In this document: positions 53,107 through 57,832 of the stretch, piece after piece | Numbering within the stretch: the first letter of the stretch is position 1 | How the letters are laid out: each line of letters begins with the position of its first letter | DNA from: a virus | Taxonomy: Duplodnaviria; Caudoviricetes | IMG/VR virus record: IMGVR_UViG_3300047554_001015 | Location: 1 to 57,832 of that record | Reading direction: 5' to 3' (one strand) | Length of the DNA: 57,832 nt | Notes under the pieces: generated by a model | Database searches by the model: none | What the model saw: only the letters and a program-made list of their open reading frames with translations | What the model was told of the DNA's origin: nothing | Position numbers and translations under genes: made by a program

Positions 53107-53514
53107 CTAGGGTTCCCCAAACTGAATAGGGATAAAGTTTGCATCAGCAATAGACTGCCATCGCTGATCTGCCACGGAATCGGGCTGGCCCAATACAGCG
53201 ATCGCAGTTTTAAGCGTGGCTTGCAGCAACTCAGAATCTTGATTGAGAGAAGCCGTTGTGGTTGCTGAAGTCAGTAAAGGGTTTTGAGTAATCCAGGTAT
53301 TCCAATCCGAATCGCTCAGCATTGCGGTATTGAATGCTGTCCAATCTGGCTCTGGCAGAGGTGGCACCGGATCGGGTACAGGCTCCCATTCTCCTGCTTC
53401 AAAAGCAGCCTGAATTCCTGCCATAATATCTGGCCCCCAATTGAACATGGGGTCAACCACCGTGCCATCATCTTCGGCAAGAATTTTTGAATCGAGATAG
53501 AGAATATAAATCAT
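53107..53514 (-). CDS. putative fibre chaperone/accessory protein
   Basis: PEPDWTAF motif shared with 15269-15703. Confidence 0.5.
   Translation of the reverse strand: MIYILYLDSKILAEDDGTVVDPMFNWGPDIMAGIQAAFEAGEWEPVPDPVPPLPEPDWTAFNTAMLSDSDWNTWITQNPLLTSATTTASLNQDSELLQATLKTAIAVLGQPDSVADQRWQSIADANFIPIQFGEP
53109..53117 (-). promoter_or_regulatory. late promoter motif GGGAACCCT
   Basis: 26 nt upstream of ATG 53082, embedded in the last codons of the upstream gene. Confidence 0.7.
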
Positions 53515-55415
53515 GCTGCTACCAGACGGTAATGAATACTGTGGCTACTGTGGATTGTCCCCCCCGAAGGGCTGCCAACTGAAGAGTTCACTGGCGTAAT
53601 CAATGCGCCAACTGTATTAGGCTGGTACAGGTTGATGTTGAAAATAAACCGCTCAATATTTACCCCGCCGGTACTGGTAAATATCCCAGTACCGGGGATC
53701 ATGCTTGCGTCTAGAATCGTGACTGCCCCGCTGTAGCCAATAATTTGAACACGCCTGTAATTGTTGGCATCATAAACAGTTGTACCCGAAACGCCGTTGT
53801 AAGTAAAAACCGCATGGGTCCAGAAAGCCCCTCCAAATGTACGGTTCCATGTTCCTAGGGTTGAGGGCAGTCCCCATGTGATAGCTGAAGCGGCCTGACC
53901 ATTGCTAGAGCCTGTGGACAATACAAACTCATTTACACTGAGCCAATACAGTCCACTCCAAAAGTAAAAACCTTCACCCGGCCTGCACCAAAGTTGGTTT
54001 ACTGCTGTGGCCGTGGGGATCGCGGATTGAACGAAGTCAAAACCGGACCCACCTGATACCGTGGTAAAACTGATTGCCCCCGCCCCATTTGTGGTGAGAA
54101 CCTGCCCGTTTGTGCCGTCTGTGGTTGGAAGGGTGAATGTGTTTATAAATGATTGCAGATTGGCATCATAGGCCAAAATTGTTGATCCAATTGCTGCCGG
54201 TTGTAGGGCAGTATCCCAAAGGGTTTGCTTGGCGGTTGTGGGGATGCTGTAGCCGGTATCATAGGCAAGAGCCAGTGTCCCTGATGTAGTCACAGGGGAG
54301 CCGGTCACGACTAGGCCCGTGGGTGTGGACAATCCCACAGAGGTAACGGTGCCCGTGTTTGCTGTGGCCCCCGACGCAATGCCGTCTAGCTTGGTTTTAT
54401 CCGCCGCAGCCATGAAGCCATCCACCAACCCGGTCGCCACCCCGTGGGCTGTCCCGGTTGCACCAACATGGGAGAGAGGAGCCGCATCAGTAATCCCGTA
54501 TCCTGCCAATGTCGTGGGGTTGGTTCCCGAAGTTATCCGGCCCTTGCCGTCAACCGTGACTGATTGGTATGTACCAGCGGAAACCCCCGTATTAGCCAGA
54601 GTGAGGGCGATCTCGGTGGTACCCGTGCCGGTAGCATCTCCCGAAACCGTAATCGACTGGTTTGCAGTCAGGTAAGCCGCAGTGTCCAGGGACCAAGTAT
54701 TCGCTGCTGTTTTCCGCAGCAACCCGGTTGTTCCTGCTAGCCCTGCAATTGAGGTTAGATCCCCATCTAAGGGCTGATAGGTGGTTGCTGCTGTGGAGCT
54801 GAGCAAATACCCCGCCACAGCATGGTTTCCCCAACCAAAAGCAGTATCCCAGTTGCTAATCTGTGGGGCCGTGATAGCAGCGGCGGGAGAGGCACTGAAG
54901 ACGGGATCGGACTCGGTAAAGCTGGTTAGGTATCGCCCATCCAGATCTACTGTGTTGCCGCCTGAAATGGAAAGCTCACCCGTTGCCCCATTCCACGCCA
55001 GTGTCTGGCTGTCGCCCCCCGTGGTGAGGTAGCGCCCATCCAGATTTACGGTAACGGTGCCCCCGTCTTGCTGGGTTAGGGTGAGGACTCCGTTGGTAGT
55101 GTTGAATGTGGCTGTGTTGATTTTGTCGTTATAGGCTGCGTCCCATTCGGACTGTCGAACCGTTGTGGGGATGCCATACCCAGGGGCAAAGTTTAGGGCA
55201 ATGGTCCCGGATGTGGTAACTGGGGAACCGCTTGCAGCCAAGCCCGTGGGGACAGATAATCCCACAGAGGTAACGGTGCCTGATCCACCCCCGCCCCCGC
55301 CTAGGACAGAGGGATCCAATAGCCTAGGATCGCCCTCAAGGGTTACCCCGATCAGCCCGTGGAACTGGGCCGGGTCTGAGCTGACTGGGCTTAGGTTGCT
55401 GAAGTCTGCTGTCAT
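53511..55415 (-). CDS. fibre protein (head/neck fibre or second tail fibre)
   Basis: G/T/S-rich; duplicated GTVTSVGLS.PTGL...GSPVTTSGT, LDGRYLT x2, VTVDGKGR, DKTKLDGI. Confidence 0.75.
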   Translation of the reverse strand: MTADFSNLSPVSSDPAQFHGLIGVTLEGDPRLLDPSVLGGGGGGSGTVTSVGLSVPTGLAASGSPVTTSGTIALNFAPGYGIPTTVRQSEWDAAYNDKINTATFNTTNGVLTLTQQDGGTVTVNLDGRYLTTGGDSQTLAWNGATGELSISGGNTVDLDGRYLTSFTESDPVFSASPAAAITAPQISNWDTAFGWGNHAVAGYLLSSTAATTYQPLDGDLTSIAGLAGTTGLLRKTAANTWSLDTAAYLTANQSITVSGDATGTGTTEIALTLANTGVSAGTYQSVTVDGKGRITSGTNPTTLAGYGITDAAPLSHVGATGTAHGVATGLVDGFMAAADKTKLDGIASGATANTGTVTSVGLSTPTGLVVTGSPVTTSGTLALAYDTGYSIPTTAKQTLWDTALQPAAIGSTILAYDANLQSFINTFTLPTTDGTNGQVLTTNGAGAISFTTVSGGSGFDFVQSAIPTATAVNQLWCRPGEGFYFWSGLYWLSVNEFVLSTGSSNGQAASAITWGLPSTLGTWNRTFGGAFWTHAVFTYNGVSGTTVYDANNYRRVQIIGYSGAVTILDASMIPGTGIFTSTGGVNIERFIFNINLYQPNTVGALITPVNSSVGSPSGGTIHSSHSIHYRLVAA

Positions 55416-55418
55416 CCC

Positions 55419-56222
55419 CTAGATCTCCTGAAGATAGATTGAAAATGACCCCACACCATTGGCGACTGTGTTGTTGGGTTTTGAACTGATTTTGATGCGA
55501 GTCCTGGGAAAAAACAAAAGGTTTACGGGTCTGCTGTCCCCGTTGCTATCCAGAGCAAAACTGTCTTGAAAAATGTAGGGAGCGATGACAGCGCGATCGT
55601 CTCTGTTGCAGGTTGCCCGCAATTGAATATCGTGGAAATGGTTACTTGCTCGAAAAAATCCCCAGTGCCAACAAAGGCCGATATATCCTTCCGGAATGGT
55701 GTACTGGCAAGTCAGGCTCATGTTGCCACCCGCCGAAATTCGTTCGTGAATAGTTCCGCCACTAGCCACCCTTAAATCAATATCTCCCACGGCAACGCTA
55801 TTGCTACCCGTTTCTACAGAGTGCATCCATTGGATATCCCGGCAGTTGGCAACATTAGGAACCGGGACAGGGGTTATGCCGTTCAAACTTATTTCGGTCG
55901 CTTTTTGGACCCAGTTGTTATCAAGATAGACAATTCGGACTCGTCTAGCCCCCGTGCCATTTGTGGTATCACTGGCCGAATTTGAGACAATTTCCCATGA
56001 CTCGTTTCCCACAGGAATGGGCAGGGTGTTGCCTGTCAGGAATTCTGCAATATCGCAAAGGGCTGTAGTTGAGGAGAACCCATCACGGTATCCCGGAATG
56101 GTAAAGCTGATCGTTTTTTTGTTGCCTAGATTCTCAGACAGGCTGCTGTAAAGGATTCTCGCCATGTCCAAATCGGGCACATTAAACAGGGGGAAGGGGA
56201 GGCCGGTAACAGAGGGGAACAT
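55419..56222 (-). CDS. putative virion structural protein
   Basis: S.SASDT..GTGAR.V.I..LD, LNG.T.V, YTIP.G; follows capsid gene. Confidence 0.6.
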   Translation of the reverse strand: MFPSVTGLPFPLFNVPDLDMARILYSSLSENLGNKKTISFTIPGYRDGFSSTTALCDIAEFLTGNTLPIPVGNESWEIVSNSASDTTNGTGARRVRIVYLDNNWVQKATEISLNGITPVPVPNVANCRDIQWMHSVETGSNSVAVGDIDLRVASGGTIHERISAGGNMSLTCQYTIPEGYIGLCWHWGFFRASNHFHDIQLRATCNRDDRAVIAPYIFQDSFALDSNGDSRPVNLLFFPRTRIKISSKPNNTVANGVGSFSIYLQEI

Positions 56223-56284
56223 GGCGAGAATCTATAAATTGCAGGGAGACCCTCACCTGTGGGGCAAGGGTCAGAACTTAGAAC

Positions 56285-57226
56285 CTAGGCGGTGATCGGT
56301 GCGTCGGTCACACCAGCCAATCGGGCCACGCTGTAGCCGTTGTAAATAGCAAAGCTACAGTTCCAATCGATCCGGGTGCGATAGACCGGCTTACTGTCCA
56401 ATTCGCCAAGGTCGCGGGCATCAATCCCGAAGCCGCCGCTGGGGTTGCGCCCCTGAATGCCAGTGCAAGCCATGGGGCCAAAGGTCACGGCATAAATGGA
56501 GGTGCAAGCCGTTGAGGTTGTACCGTCAGGGCTGGTTTCAGTGAAGGTCAGAATCGGGCTGCTGATATCGTCTACGAGAATCGGAATCCCGCTGTACTGG
56601 GTCACGGGTCGGCCAAAGGTGTCCAGGGTGTGGGTTAGGAATCCACCAACGCCGGTAGCCCGACTGGCCGCAGCCATGCGAACATCCCGCATTTTGCGAG
56701 ACATAATCAGCACCGTGCGACCACCACCACGCTTAACCTGGCTCAGCAGTTCATCCAGCTTGGCTAGACTCAGGGCAGCGCCCCCGGCAGCATTGCTAAT
56801 AAGCTGCGACCCGGTGATCCGCTTTTGCAGTCCATCAAAGCCACGGGGGTCGTTGCTAGCATCCCCTTTAATGAATTGATATTCCCAGTTGATGCGGCTG
56901 GCCTCAATCTTGAGCTGCTCATGGGCTTGGCGCACGCTCTGGCCCTTCATAGCCACTAAAGCAGAATCCACATCTAAGTCACCGCCAAAAATCTTGAAGG
57001 CTTCAGATTGTGGGTTCAGCACCCCAGAACTTTCGTCAAAGGATTCGTTCAGACCCCGGAAACCAACACCGGGTAGCTCATCAACGCGGGAATAATGGAC
57101 CCCGGTTCCTTCCTCATTCTCGAAGGGCACAGCCCCCAGAATCTCACCCGCTGCAAATTCATTAATTACTGCCGCCTTCAGGGGATCTTGCTCGATCTTG
57201 GCGGCTTCTAACAAAGTTAAAGCCAT
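56285..57226 (-). CDS. major capsid protein
   Basis: MALTLLEAAK, LPGVGFR.LNE, GGD.DVD, FIKGD....P..FDGL..R, ARL.G. Confidence 0.88.
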   Translation of the reverse strand: MALTLLEAAKIEQDPLKAAVINEFAAGEILGAVPFENEEGTGVHYSRVDELPGVGFRGLNESFDESSGVLNPQSEAFKIFGGDLDVDSALVAMKGQSVRQAHEQLKIEASRINWEYQFIKGDASNDPRGFDGLQKRITGSQLISNAAGGAALSLAKLDELLSQVKRGGGRTVLIMSRKMRDVRMAAASRATGVGGFLTHTLDTFGRPVTQYSGIPILVDDISSPILTFTETSPDGTTSTACTSIYAVTFGPMACTGIQGRNPSGGFGIDARDLGELDSKPVYRTRIDWNCSFAIYNGYSVARLAGVTDAPITA

Positions 57227-57247
57227 TTTTCTACTCAGTAATTGGGC

Positions 57248-57288
57248 AAGGCATCACGCCCCTAAAAGACGGCATCACGCCATCTTTT
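57248..57288 (-). promoter_or_regulatory. tandem GUGAU-loop RNA hairpins in capsid leader
   Basis: AAAAGAUGGC-GUGAU-GCCGUCUUUU and GGGGC-GUGAU-GCCUU; G-U pairs form only on the mRNA strand. Confidence 0.65.
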
Positions 57289-57291
57289 TAC

Positions 57292-57316
57292 AGGGTTCCC
57301 AATGCGGGGGAACCCT
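57292..57316. promoter_or_regulatory. back-to-back late promoter motifs
   Basis: AGGGTTCCC-aatgcgg-GGGAACCCT, facing the capsid gene (-) and the terminal ORF (+). Confidence 0.75.
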
Positions 57317-57341
57317 AAGGTAGTTGTTGCCTTACCCCACA

Positions 57342-57832
57342 GTGAAGAGAATTTTACGGCCACAAATTCAGAAGTTGGGACTGTTCCCGATTTCGTTGAC
57401 GCTGTTGGGGGTTGTTGCCACCTTGGCATGGCTCGATCACAGGGCGGAAACTCTAAATGCTCAGGAAATTGAAATTTCTCTGGGCACTCAGCAAAAGAGT
57501 GAGGGCAAGCCTGTGGATTGGGAATTGGTTTTAGCGGCGGGAACGGTTGTGGGGGGAGTCCTGCTTTGGGCAGACAATCGGCTGGATACCCTTGAGGGCA
57601 AAGTTGCGCTGTTGGAACAGCGATGCATCAATTTGCAGGATCAGCTTTCAGCCCTCAAGGCCGACTCAGAACGGCATGGCAACCGGCTTTATAGGGCAGT
57701 CAGTCAGTTGGCAGCGGCTCGAAAAAATTCAGGTTTTCACCCGCGATCGCAAATGGCCAATGGAGGCCCATGGCCCACAGATGACCCGCCAACGGAGATT
57801 CCCTTTGCCCCCTACGATCGCCCCCCCACTCC
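57342..57832 (+). CDS. late membrane protein (two hydrophobic segments, coiled coil, Pro-rich tail); continues across the junction to position 28
   Basis: Open from GTG 57342 to the window end; if circular ends ...PPTPPPPQDPRQ* at 26-28; possible lysis function. Confidence 0.65.
   Translation, partial: MKRILRPQIQKLGLFPISLTLLGVVATLAWLDHRAETLNAQEIEISLGTQQKSEGKPVDWELVLAAGTVVGGVLLWADNRLDTLEGKVALLEQRCINLQDQLSALKADSERHGNRLYRAVSQLAAARKNSGFHPRSQMANGGPWPTDDPPTEIPFAPYDRPPT

Noticed and set aside
1-57832. tRNA, rRNA, attachment site or host chromosomal flank
   Set aside because: No cloverleaf or rRNA-like segment noticed. dnaN, thyA and the sigma gene are embedded among phage genes rather than in host synteny. 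A tRNAscan run would be needed to exclude tRNAs firmly.

Overview
The window looks like a complete, circularly permuted 57.8-kb genome of a contractile-tailed (P2/Mu-like myovirus) cyanophage. The last ORF reads in frame across the end-to-start junction into a terminator. HIP1 octamers, a SigF-type sigma factor, a cyanobacterial-type ThyA and DnaN point to a freshwater cyanobacterial host. Virion genes are split into about ten transcription units, nearly all preceded by GGGAACYCT (probable promoter of the phage sigma). Between them sit small, often opposite-strand gene islands driven by 11 related GTGTTGACA sigma70 promoters and closed by GCCCC hairpins. The most notable signals are: (1) two covarying twister ribozymes bracketing a single early ORF; (2) a Dam-family methyltransferase followed by a spare target-recognition segment flanked by two identical 15-bp repeats; (3) three dispersed copies of a TGCTGCCA iteron/origin-like element; (4) tandem GUGAU-loop hairpins shared by the scaffold and major capsid leaders; (5) a ParB/glycosyltransferase DNA-modification locus in the packaging operon; (6) an FtsK-like ATPase/membrane module beside an AACCGTT repeat cluster. 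I saw no integrase, endolysin, tRNA or CRISPR array. All family assignments come from motif recognition by eye, without database searches.
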